Below the pieces are notes generated by a model. The model was given only the letters and a program-made list of their open reading frames with translations. It was not told the DNA's origin and ran no database searches. Shown one piece after another: positions 28,624 through 37,267 of a DNA stretch of 64,000 nucleotides (its first letter is position 1; each line of letters begins with the position of its first letter). This DNA is from an uncultured Parcubacteria group bacterium (GTDB taxonomy: Bacteria; Patescibacteriota; Patescibacteriia; UBA9934; CAMTUG01), in contig CAMTUG010000004.1 in NCBI GenBank assembly GCA_947084965.1, forward strand, positions 23,490 to 87,489. Direction: 5' to 3'. The position numbers were made by a program, and so were the translations under genes.

Positions 28624-29398
28624 ACGTATGACTCCAGGAAAAAGACGGCCAGTAAAAACAACGTCCTGGGGGCGCGTGGCTAAATGGTATGAAGGGGTCG
28701 TTGGTGACCCAGACTCTTTTCAGCAAAAAGTCATTTTGCCAAACTTAGTGCGTTTGATGGATATCAAAGCAGGCGAGTCAGTCCTCGACATCGCTTGCGG
28801 CACAGGATTGTTCGCCAAGGTGTTTCATAACGCCGGAGCGATCGTCACGGGCACGGACATTTCACCAGAATTGATTGAGATCGCCCGCAAGGATGCTCCG
28901 GAAACGCTGACGCTCAAAGTCGCGGCCGCGGAAAGTCAGCCATTTGTAAAATCCGCCAGCATCCACAAAGCAACGATCATTCTCGCTTTACAAAATATCG
29001 ACAAATTCGGTGCGGTGCTTAAAGAAACAGCGCGCGTGCTGAAAAAAGGTGGCAAAGTTTTTATTGTCATGAATCATCCGGCGTTCCGCGTGATTCAAGG
29101 AAGCTCCTGGGGTTGGGAAGGAACCGAGGTGCAATATCGCCGCATCGACAAGTATCTGACGCCGTTTAACGTGCAGATCGACATGCACCCGGGGATCGCC
29201 CCGCGCGAAGTGACGACCACGTTTCATCGCCCTCTTCAGGCCTACATCAAAGCACTGGCCGCCGCAGGGTTGCCCGTAACCGACTTCGAGGAATGGATTT
29301 CGCACAAAAAGAGTGATAGCGGCCCGCGCGCTCCTGCCGAAAACGTCGCTCGCAACGAAATCCCGATGTTCCTTTGTCTCGTCGCGACAAAACTGTGA
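28610..29398 (+). CDS. class I SAM-dependent methyltransferase
   Basis: Motif I VLDIACGTGLF. Confidence 0.7.
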   Translation: MNQYKRMTPGKRRPVKTTSWGRVAKWYEGVVGDPDSFQQKVILPNLVRLMDIKAGESVLDIACGTGLFAKVFHNAGAIVTGTDISPELIEIARKDAPETLTLKVAAAESQPFVKSASIHKATIILALQNIDKFGAVLKETARVLKKGGKVFIVMNHPAFRVIQGSSWGWEGTEVQYRRIDKYLTPFNVQIDMHPGIAPREVTTTFHRPLQAYIKALAAAGLPVTDFEEWISHKKSDSGPRAPAENVARNEIPMFLCLVATKL

Positions 29399-30072
29399 AG
29401 ATTCATCGATTTATCACCGACGCCAACCTTGACGACGACGCCGTGATGCTGACCGGCGATCTTTTTCATCAGATCAAAAACGTTTTGAAGTTGAAGATCA
29501 ACGAAACGATCGATCTTTCAGACGGCCACGGAATAGCTCGGCGCGGAACGATCACGACGATCACCAAGACCTCGGTCGACGTGCACCTTCACGAAACGCT
29601 ATCTGCGCTCGAAAGCACGAAGCGTGTTGTGTTGTACTGCGCCATATTGAAACGTGAAAACTTCGAGTTGGTGGTGCAAAAGGCGACCGAGATTGGGGCG
29701 AGCGAAATCGTGCCCGTGCACACCGAACGGACAGTCAAACTTGGTATCAAGATGGATCGCTTACAAAAAATCGCTCTCGAAGCGGCGGAGCAATCTGGCC
29801 GCAGTGTTGTACCGACGATTCACGAGCCGATGAAGTTTGCTGATGCTCTCGATGACGCGAAACGAAACGACACGAACACCATCTTGCACATGGATGGCAA
29901 GGATTTGCCACAAACAAAAACATCGATCGGACTTTTTATCGGTCCTGAGGGCGGCTGGTCGAAAAACGAGCTCACTCTCGCCGCATCCGCCGGACTTGTA
30001 GCCACTTCGCTCGGCCCACGACCACTCCGCGCCGAAACGGCAGCGATCATCGCTACTTATCTTAATGTGTAA
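29374..30072 (+). CDS. rsmE: 16S rRNA (uracil1498-N3)-methyltransferase
   Basis: RsmE-like PUA plus SPOUT layout; C-terminus LGPRPLRAETAAI. Confidence 0.65.
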   Translation: MSRRDKTVKIHRFITDANLDDDAVMLTGDLFHQIKNVLKLKINETIDLSDGHGIARRGTITTITKTSVDVHLHETLSALESTKRVVLYCAILKRENFELVVQKATEIGASEIVPVHTERTVKLGIKMDRLQKIALEAAEQSGRSVVPTIHEPMKFADALDDAKRNDTNTILHMDGKDLPQTKTSIGLFIGPEGGWSKNELTLAASAGLVATSLGPRPLRAETAAIIATYLNV

Positions 30073-30111
30073 AATGCGCTATACTTAGCGCGTTGACCTT
30101 TTGAAATTTCT

Positions 30112-31836
30112 ATGCGCAAACATCTTTTTTGGTTCGGTGCGATCGTTGTTCTGATCCTCGCCGCGGTCGCCATTTTCTACCGCGACCGTATTCCTACCGT
30201 CGTGATCCCAGGAACAAACGATGAGGACTCGTTTGCCGATACGATCATTGAAGGATTCACCCTGACAACCTTTGCCGATGACCTCGGCGGGGCGCGCGAT
30301 ATGATTCGCGACGATGTCGGGAATATTCTTGTGAGTATTCCGTCGGAAGGATCGGTAAAATCCGTGTCCCCAGACGGCTCTGTGCGCACGCTGTTGCGCG
30401 GTCTCAATAAACCACACGGACTGGCGATGCGCTGCGTCGAAGGATGCACGCTGTACGTCGCCGAAACGGACGCGATCGTTGCCTATACATTTGAAAACGG
30501 CGAAGTGACGTCCGAAGCGACAACACTCGTCGATCTCCCCGGCGGCGGATTTCACTCCACCCGCTCGCTCACCTTCCTCCCCTCCCCGGACGATAACGTT
30601 CTCCTCGTCTCGATCGGCTCGTCCTGCAATGCCTGCGACGAATCAGACGATCGCCGCGCAACGATCATGGCGTTTGAAGTCGAAGACAAAGATGAGCCGT
30701 ACTTACAGCCATTTGCCACCGGTTTGCGCAACAGCGTCTTTATGGCGCTTCATCCAGCGACGGGCGACGTATGGGCAACGGAAATGGGCCGCGACTTCCT
30801 CGGCGATGATCTCCCACCAGATGAAATCAATATCATCCGCGAAGGGGGTGACTACGGCTGGCCGATCTGCTACGGACAGAATATCAACGATCGTGACGTT
30901 GATAAGAACGTCTACATCCAAGATCCGTGTAACGACAAGATTGCCGCACACATCGATCTCCCTGCTCACGTCGCTCCTCTTGGAATCGCCTTCATTCCAG
31001 AAGAAGGTTGGCCAGAAGAATGGTGGTACGACGCGGTCGTCAGCTATCACGGGTCATGGAATAGCTCGACGCCCGTCGGCTACAAAGTGGTGCGCATTCC
31101 GCTCGACGCCGAAGGAAATCAAACCGGACCGATCGTCGACCTCTTCACCGGCTTTTTGGATGAAGAAGGTGAAGCGATCGGACGGCCAGTCGATCTGCTG
31201 ATTGAACCGGGCGGAACGATCTATATCTCCGACGACAAAGCTGGCAAGATTTACAAAGCGGTGGCCCAGCAAGAAGAATCAACAACGTATAACGATCTGA
31301 TCCGTGTCACAAATCTTTCGGAAGGCGACACGATTAAAAGTCCGCTGACGCTTTCGGGCGAAGCGCGCGGCAACTGGTACTTTGAAGCGAGTTTTCCGAT
31401 TCGACTGTACGACGCCGATGGAAATGAATTGGCCGTGGCGGTCGCCCAGGCCCAAGGGGATTGGATGACGACCGAATACGTTCCGTTTAAAACAACACTC
31501 ACCTTTGATCCTCCATCGACACCAACGGGGACGATCGTTCTACAAAAAGATAATCCTTCTGGATTACCGGAATATGATGACGCCTTCCGCATCAACGTGC
31601 AGTTTGGCCCATCTGCCGACGGACGTGCGGACTGTAAACCAACCGGATGTAGTTCTCAGGTGTGCTCGGACGAAGATAGGGTCACAACCTGCGAGTATCG
31701 AGCTGAATATGCCTGTTACCAGTCAGCAACGTGCGAACGGCAATCCAATGGCGAATGCGGATGGACAACCACGACGAAACTGTTGACCTGTCTTGAAGAA
31801 GCGGCGCTCTCTACCCCAGAAGAGATTATCTATTAA
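30112..31836 (+). CDS. PQQ-dependent sugar dehydrogenase-like beta-propeller fused to a Gmad2-like Ig domain and a Cys-rich tail
   Basis: YliI-type beta-propeller motifs (GLRNSV...GDYGWP), then a Gmad2-like segment. Confidence 0.6.
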   Translation: MRKHLFWFGAIVVLILAAVAIFYRDRIPTVVIPGTNDEDSFADTIIEGFTLTTFADDLGGARDMIRDDVGNILVSIPSEGSVKSVSPDGSVRTLLRGLNKPHGLAMRCVEGCTLYVAETDAIVAYTFENGEVTSEATTLVDLPGGGFHSTRSLTFLPSPDDNVLLVSIGSSCNACDESDDRRATIMAFEVEDKDEPYLQPFATGLRNSVFMALHPATGDVWATEMGRDFLGDDLPPDEINIIREGGDYGWPICYGQNINDRDVDKNVYIQDPCNDKIAAHIDLPAHVAPLGIAFIPEEGWPEEWWYDAVVSYHGSWNSSTPVGYKVVRIPLDAEGNQTGPIVDLFTGFLDEEGEAIGRPVDLLIEPGGTIYISDDKAGKIYKAVAQQEESTTYNDLIRVTNLSEGDTIKSPLTLSGEARGNWYFEASFPIRLYDADGNELAVAVAQAQGDWMTTEYVPFKTTLTFDPPSTPTGTIVLQKDNPSGLPEYDDAFRINVQFGPSADGRADCKPTGCSSQVCSDEDRVTTCEYRAEYACYQSATCERQSNGECGWTTTTKLLTCLEEAALSTPEEIIY

Positions 31837-31837
31837 T

Positions 31838-32161
31838 ATGGACTTGCTTCAAAAGAAATGTGCGGCTTGTGAGGGCGGGACCCCGCCGCTCACAGCAGAC
31901 CAGATCGCCACGTTCAAGGCAGAATTAAAAACCCCTTGGGACGTCGTAGACGAAAAACATCTTCGACGATCGTTCACCTTTGCGGATTTCAAGGAGGCGA
32001 TGGAGTTTGTAAACAAGGTCGCCGAGGTCGCTGAGTCGGAAGGTCACCACCCAGATATCAGCATTCACTGGAACAAGGTCGACATTGATCTGTGGACCCA
32101 TGCGATCGGCGGACTCTCAGAAAACGACTTTATCCTCGCGGCAAAAATCGAGGTTCTGTAA
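31838..32161 (+). CDS. 4a-hydroxytetrahydrobiopterin dehydratase (PCD/DCoH)
   Basis: Motif EGHHPDI; start taken at the internal Met. Confidence 0.7.
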   Translation: MDLLQKKCAACEGGTPPLTADQIATFKAELKTPWDVVDEKHLRRSFTFADFKEAMEFVNKVAEVAESEGHHPDISIHWNKVDIDLWTHAIGGLSENDFILAAKIEVL

Positions 32162-32175
32162 TCCAAAAACAACAA

Positions 32176-32210
32176 GAGACTCGGCCCTTGATCGCCGGGC
32201 CTCTTTTTGT
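32176..32210 (+). terminator. rho-independent terminator
   Basis: GGCCC...GGGCC stem followed by CTCTTTTTGTT. Confidence 0.45.
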
Positions 32211-32246
32211 TAAGGTCCGGTCGGACCATCAACCCCGGAGAGTCCC

Positions 32247-34046
32247 ATGACCCGCACCGTCCCGACCCGCACCGTCCCGACCCGTCCCGATCCCCACTCG
32301 TACCGTGACAACACCCAGCCGACCATGAAGCACATCGAAGTCGAGATCGAACCTGACTTCGACCAGCGCATCATCTACGGCGTCGTCGAGATCGTCTTCG
32401 ATCGCGGCGGTACCGTTGACCTCGACACCCGTGACCTGACGATCACGCGCGTCGTCAACGCCGACTTCCAGTCGCTCCCCTTCGAGCTCGCCGAGCCGGA
32501 CCCGCTGCTCGGCACCCGACTGACCTTCGTCGTTCCGGACGACGAGCCGGTGGTCATCATCGAGTACAAGACCGCCCCGACCGCCAGCGGCCTGCAGTGG
32601 CTCACCCCGGAACAGACCGCGGGCAAGCGGCACCCCTTCCTCTACAGCCAGGGGGAGTGCATCCACACCCGGAGCTACATCCCTTGCCAGGACACCCCCG
32701 GCGTGCGGGTCACGTTCCAGGGCAGGATCATCGTGCCGTCGGAACTGCGAGGACTGATGGCCGCAACCTTCGTCGAGCGCCGCAAGGATGGTGACGGAGT
32801 CTCCGACACCTGGAAGATGACGAAGCCGATCCCGCCCTACCTGATCGCCTTCGCTGTCGGCGACGTCGTCTCACACGCCCTCACGCCTCGCATCCGCGTC
32901 TGGGCCGAACGCCCGGTGATCGAAGCCGCGGCGCGCGAGTTCGAGGCCCTGTCGACGATCATGGACAAGGCCGAGGAGCTCTTCGGTCCCTACCCCTGGG
33001 ACCGCTACGACCTCCTCATCATGCCCCCCTCCTTCCCGTTCGGCGGGATGGAGAACCAGGGGCTGACCTTCCTCAGCCCGTCGGTTCTCGCCGGAGATGG
33101 CTCGATGCTCTCCGTGGTCGCCCACGAGCTGGCCCACTCCTGGACCGGCAACCTGGTGACCAACGCGACCTGGGACCACTTCTGGCTGAACGAGGGCTGG
33201 ACGACCTGGGCCGAGGGACGGATCGGCGAGCTCGCCTTCGGCGTCTCGGTCGCGGACCTCAACCGCGCGATCATGGGTACCGACCTCCGGCGCGACATCG
33301 AGCGGTTCATGAAGACCGGCCGACCGGATCTCACTCGCCTCGCCTGGAACCTCGGTGGCACTGACCCGGACGACGCCTTCAGCCGCGTCCCCTACAGCAA
33401 GGGCGCCCAGTTCCTGACGGCGCTCGAGACCCACGTCGGCCGCGACGCCTTCGATGCGTTCACCATGCACTACATCCAGGAATTCGCCTTCCAGAGCATC
33501 ACGACCGAGGAGTTCCTCCACTTCCTCGAAGCACACCTGCCGGGCGCGTTCGCGGCGATCGATGGCGATACCTGGATCCACGGCACCGGAATGCCGAGCA
33601 CCGCCGTGCCGATCTCCTCCCCGCTCATCGACGAGGTCACGCAGTTCGCCGTCCAGGGGCAGCTCCCGTCGCTCGCGCAGGCCGCGGACTGGCACGCGCT
33701 GCAGTGGGCGATCTACCTCGAGCGCCTTCCGCGGACGATCATGCACGATCGCATCCACGACCTCCAGCGCCTCCTGCACCTCGAGGAGCACGGCAACATG
33801 GACATCCGCTTCAACCTGGCGCTCCTGTACGCCGAGGCAGGCTACTACGACGGACTCCAGTTCGTCGAGTCGGTCCTCGCGGGCACCGGTCGCACCCGCT
33901 ACCTCCTCCCGATCTACAAGGCGCTGGCGCAGAAGGGCGGCGTCTTCGGAGAGTTCGCCCGCCGCGTCTTCGCCGAGCAGAGCGCGAGCTACCACGCGAT
34001 CGCTCAGAAGGGGGTCGAACGGACCTTCGTCGAAGCAGCCACGTAG
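32247..34046 (+). CDS. M1-family zinc aminopeptidase (LTA4 hydrolase-like)
   Basis: HELAHSWTGN...NEGWTTW (HExxH-x18-E), GGMEN motif; about 66% GC; the 5' end carries a 15-nt tandem duplication. Confidence 0.8.
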   Translation: MTRTVPTRTVPTRPDPHSYRDNTQPTMKHIEVEIEPDFDQRIIYGVVEIVFDRGGTVDLDTRDLTITRVVNADFQSLPFELAEPDPLLGTRLTFVVPDDEPVVIIEYKTAPTASGLQWLTPEQTAGKRHPFLYSQGECIHTRSYIPCQDTPGVRVTFQGRIIVPSELRGLMAATFVERRKDGDGVSDTWKMTKPIPPYLIAFAVGDVVSHALTPRIRVWAERPVIEAAAREFEALSTIMDKAEELFGPYPWDRYDLLIMPPSFPFGGMENQGLTFLSPSVLAGDGSMLSVVAHELAHSWTGNLVTNATWDHFWLNEGWTTWAEGRIGELAFGVSVADLNRAIMGTDLRRDIERFMKTGRPDLTRLAWNLGGTDPDDAFSRVPYSKGAQFLTALETHVGRDAFDAFTMHYIQEFAFQSITTEEFLHFLEAHLPGAFAAIDGDTWIHGTGMPSTAVPISSPLIDEVTQFAVQGQLPSLAQAADWHALQWAIYLERLPRTIMHDRIHDLQRLLHLEEHGNMDIRFNLALLYAEAGYYDGLQFVESVLAGTGRTRYLLPIYKALAQKGGVFGEFARRVFAEQSASYHAIAQKGVERTFVEAAT

Positions 34047-34113
34047 TTCAACCGGACCCTGACTCTCACACACGAACAGCCCCGGTCGGATCACTTCCGG
34101 CCGGGCGCTCGTT

Positions 34114-34701
34114 TTAAAAATCGATTCCTTCACGCGCTTTCACGCCGGAGTAAAAGTAATGTTTGTGTAAAACGACTTCGGACACAAGATGCGCTTTTGT
34201 TTTGAATGACTCCGGAGCGTTGCGACCTGTTAAAATCAACTCAAGTTTGTCCGGTTTTTGATCAAGCAATTTCAACACCTCCGCTTCGTCGAGAAACCCG
34301 AGCGCCGTACTCGAATTCACTTCATCGAGAACGATCAAGTCATACACATTATTGGCAAATAGTTCTCGCGCTTTAGTAATTCCTTCCGCCCCGAGCTTGC
34401 GATCAACATCGGTCACCGAAAAATCAAATCGACCACTGACCGGATCGATCCGATCGCGCCCAAAGGCAAACCAATCCACGCCGATCTGATCAAACACACT
34501 CCGTTCCATGTAGTGCTCTCCACCTTTGTCGAAATAAAGAAACGCCGCCCGCTTCCCCGCCCCAACTGTGCGCACGCACGACCCGATCGCACTGGTCGTT
34601 TTCCCTTTCCCGTCGCCGGTCACAACCTGAATCAACCCATACCCTTGGCGTCCTTTAATCCGCTCGTCAAGTTCCGGCGCTCCTGATACAGTGTTTTCCA
34701 T
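34114..34701 (-). CDS. cobO: cob(I)yrinic acid a,c-diamide adenosyltransferase
   Basis: CobA/CobO P-loop GLIQVVTGDGKGKTTSAIG. Confidence 0.75.
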   Translation of the reverse strand: MENTVSGAPELDERIKGRQGYGLIQVVTGDGKGKTTSAIGSCVRTVGAGKRAAFLYFDKGGEHYMERSVFDQIGVDWFAFGRDRIDPVSGRFDFSVTDVDRKLGAEGITKARELFANNVYDLIVLDEVNSSTALGFLDEAEVLKLLDQKPDKLELILTGRNAPESFKTKAHLVSEVVLHKHYFYSGVKAREGIDF

Positions 34702-35481
34702 ATGACCTACGACGAACTACGAAATGAAATTCTGACCAAAGGATATCATGAAGTTCCTTTCTCCGTCCCACGCTCGGCAGTCGAACTAGCGATCGCTCGC
34801 TATTTTGATTTTCTTACTCTGTCTGATGAAGAAAAGAACCGCTGGACGATTCACTTGAAGAGGGATGAAAACGATCGTGGTTCAGAGCTCGGGCATTGGC
34901 GAAGGCAATCCAAAACGGGATTCGGTTACGACGATAAGGAATTTTTTCATTATAACGCAGAGTTTCGTAACCGCTTCCGCAATGATCCAACAGCCCCACC
35001 AGAACTCACGGCGTTCATCGACGCTACAGAACCGATCTACCAGGCCGCTATGAGTTCTATCCAGTCCATGCTCGATATTGTCGGAGAAAAATATCCGAAC
35101 GTCGCCGATCCTTACAATGAACTGAGTGTCCTCAGGTTCCTTAAATACGACCGAGCCCCGGCGGGAGAATTTTTGGCGCGGGGCCATTACGATCGTGGGG
35201 GTTGTTCATTGGCGATTGCAGAGAGTGCCCCAGGGCTTCGCATCGGTCACACCGAACGCGATCTTAAAGAGGTCACCCACCAGGAAGGAAAGGCGTTCTT
35301 CTTCCCAGCCCTGTTTATGGATCAGAAGACAAACGGAGAATTTCCACCAAGTTGGCATGACGTCGTACAAAAATCCGAGAACGCATTTCGACCAGACACA
35401 GCTCGTTGGGCGATCGTCTTTTTTGCCACACCGAACGAACCGTCCTACTTTGACCGCGAACTGGTTCACACTTCGCGTTAA
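34702..35481 (+). CDS. 2OG-Fe(II) oxygenase superfamily protein
   Basis: HxD (GHYDRGG) ... H (SWHDV) ... R arrangement. Confidence 0.45.
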   Translation: MTYDELRNEILTKGYHEVPFSVPRSAVELAIARYFDFLTLSDEEKNRWTIHLKRDENDRGSELGHWRRQSKTGFGYDDKEFFHYNAEFRNRFRNDPTAPPELTAFIDATEPIYQAAMSSIQSMLDIVGEKYPNVADPYNELSVLRFLKYDRAPAGEFLARGHYDRGGCSLAIAESAPGLRIGHTERDLKEVTHQEGKAFFFPALFMDQKTNGEFPPSWHDVVQKSENAFRPDTARWAIVFFATPNEPSYFDRELVHTSR

Positions 35482-35942
35482 GGATTCTCCCGTCGCCATT
35501 TGATGATCTCGATCGCGGCGAGGGCAGCCTCGATCCCTTTGTTGTTGTCGTTGTCGCCACCACGGGCGATGACCTGTTCGATCGAGGTGACCGGCAGGAC
35601 CTCGATCAAGATCGGGATGTCGTTGTCATGCATCGCGCGCACAAACCCTTGTTCAATCATGTTTAGAATGAGATCGAAGTGATACGTCTCCCCTTTCATA
35701 ATCACCCCGAAGCAAACGATCGCATCAAACGTTTTACTCTTAGCCAAACGATCAGCGGCGAGCGGAAGTTCGAGCGAACCTGGGAGGACGTGCAGCTCTG
35801 ATGTCGCCCCGGCCGCACCCAAAATCTCCACGCACTTCTCGACCATCAGATTCGTTTCATCGCTGTGCCACTTTGATTGAAGAATCGCAACCTTGGTCCC
35901 TTCGATCTTCGGCAGGTTCTCGGTCGAATAGTGATGTTGCAT
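35478..35942 (-). CDS. ribH: 6,7-dimethyl-8-ribityllumazine synthase
   Basis: RibH fold motifs (KVAILQSKWH...VLPGSLELP...); the annotated N-terminal extension runs into a REP element, so start is taken at MQHHYS. Confidence 0.75.
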   Translation of the reverse strand: MQHHYSTENLPKIEGTKVAILQSKWHSDETNLMVEKCVEILGAAGATSELHVLPGSLELPLAADRLAKSKTFDAIVCFGVIMKGETYHFDLILNMIEQGFVRAMHDNDIPILIEVLPVTSIEQVIARGGDNDNNKGIEAALAAIEIIKWRRENP

Positions 35943-35947
35943 AGTTT

Positions 35948-35973
35948 GTATAGGCGGGGCCACTGCGCCCCGC
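35948..35973. repeat. REP-like palindrome tataGGCGGGGCcactgcGCCCCGCC
   Basis: Imperfect palindrome recurring six times in the window. Confidence 0.7.
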
Positions 35974-35978
35974 CGCGA

Positions 35979-36605
35979 TTAATCGACCCGATAATCTGGA
36001 TTCACGTAAAGATATGGATAATCCCTTGGCCTTGCCGCAAGTCCATCTTCTACTGGATTTTCCATTATGTAAAGGATCTTCTCCTCGAGCTTCCGTTCAT
36101 TGAGGATAAGATAGTCAAAAAACGAGTCCTGCCAAATCTTTTTTATATCTCGGCTTGGCGGGGCAGAGTCGCCCCGCCTATACGATGGTTCGTTAACGGA
36201 TGAACGCTGGTCTGAGCTTGAACCTTGTATTATAGGCGGGGCCACTGCGCCCCGCCTCGCCGATTCATCCGCGTACCATCGAGCAAAATAACTCTTTACA
36301 CCGTGCATATAATCCGAAAACGTTTTCTCTTTTGTCTGCGGCCAGATAATCGCGTGAAAATGATCCGGCATGACGACCGCGGCGATGAGCTCAACTTTAA
36401 AGCGGTCTGCGTAAAAGTGAAGTTCCTCGAGGAGCTTGCGAGCGCATACTTCATCTCTAAATATCTCCGCCCGCCCATGCGTCACCGAGGTTACGTAGTG
36501 CGGTGTGTCCTCGTGGACAAAAAGAGCGTGATAGCGAGGGGAACGCATACGAACTAAAGCGCATATTTTCCAATCGTCGTGCAAAAATCGTAAGTCTTTT
36601 CCCAA
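35979..36605 (-). CDS. IS200-like / REP-associated tyrosine transposase (RAYT), with an in-frame REP-pair insertion
   Basis: HUH motif PDHFHAIIW, C-terminal YIMENPV; two REP palindromes at 36157-36256 lie inside the ORF. Confidence 0.6.
   Translation of the reverse strand: MGKDLRFLHDDWKICALVRMRSPRYHALFVHEDTPHYVTSVTHGRAEIFRDEVCARKLLEELHFYADRFKVELIAAVVMPDHFHAIIWPQTKEKTFSDYMHGVKSYFARWYADESARRGAVAPPIIQGSSSDQRSSVNEPSYRRGDSAPPSRDIKKIWQDSFFDYLILNERKLEEKILYIMENPVEDGLAARPRDYPYLYVNPDYRVD
36157..36182. repeat. REP-like palindrome (GGCGGGGCagagtcGCCCCGCCtata)
   Basis: Same family, inverted relative to the 36231 copy. Confidence 0.7.
36231..36256. repeat. REP-like palindrome
   Basis: Identical to the 35948 copy. 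Confidence 0.7.
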
Positions 36606-36777
36606 TTGCCAGTACTAGTATCTTCACTTGTCCCCTCCATAACTCGATCTAGGCATCTCGAAATCCTTAGATCGTCCAAGATCGGCCAAACAACCAAGCG
36701 AAATAGAATCGAGCAGGAAACAATCCCTGTTCCAATTATTATCGTCCAAGTTAGTTTTTTACCCATACTATAAGGAG

Positions 36778-36810
36778 GTGGTGGGACTCAGTGGCCCCGC
36801 CATAATTAAC
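36778..36810. repeat. degenerate REP-like copy
   Basis: ggtgggactcagtggccccgccataattaa compared with the 37010 copy. Confidence 0.45.
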
Positions 36811-37009
36811 CCAGGGCCAGAGTATTCCAAGCAGCTCGAGCAGTATCTTCATTATCGAATAACCGTTCGGGAATATGGACAACCTGAGTTCGGCTGGCTT
36901 CCGGCCAATCATAAATCACCCACCGATCGCCCCAATTAACGAGTTCATGTTTCAAGCCCAGGGCATCTATAAATTCAGCAACAACTTTTTTAGGCACATC
37001 TTACGCAAA

Positions 37010-37034
37010 GGCGGGGCACAGTGGCCCCGCCTAT
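37010..37034. repeat. REP-like palindrome
   Basis: GGCGGGGCacagtgGCCCCGCCtataattaa. Confidence 0.7.
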
Positions 37035-37267
37035 AATTAACCAATTATCTCAGGGCCGCTAATTTTCCAGGCACCCGCTCCGGTCAACTTCACTGTCGTT
37101 CTGCCAGAAACGGCCTTGATCCCAACTTGACCGTGCGTTTCTTTCGTCCAACCATTCCCACCCCCGACGATCTCCAGCACTGGGCTGATCTCAGCTTTCT
37201 TACCAAAATCGAGACCAAGGTTTCCAATCAATGTAGGTTTCAAATCAAACATAAATTTTATTGCTCT

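Noticed and set aside
32871-34133. 420-aa minus-strand ORF and several Arg/Pro-rich ORFs overlapping the M1 aminopeptidase
   Set aside because: These are shadow ORFs in a 66% GC gene. The plus-strand frame has clear HExxH-E and GGMEN motifs.
36554-37252. Three small ORFs (60-71 aa) among the REP copies
   Set aside because: They are short, have no motifs and are flanked or overlapped by REP elements. They are likely non-coding or REP-generated ORFs.
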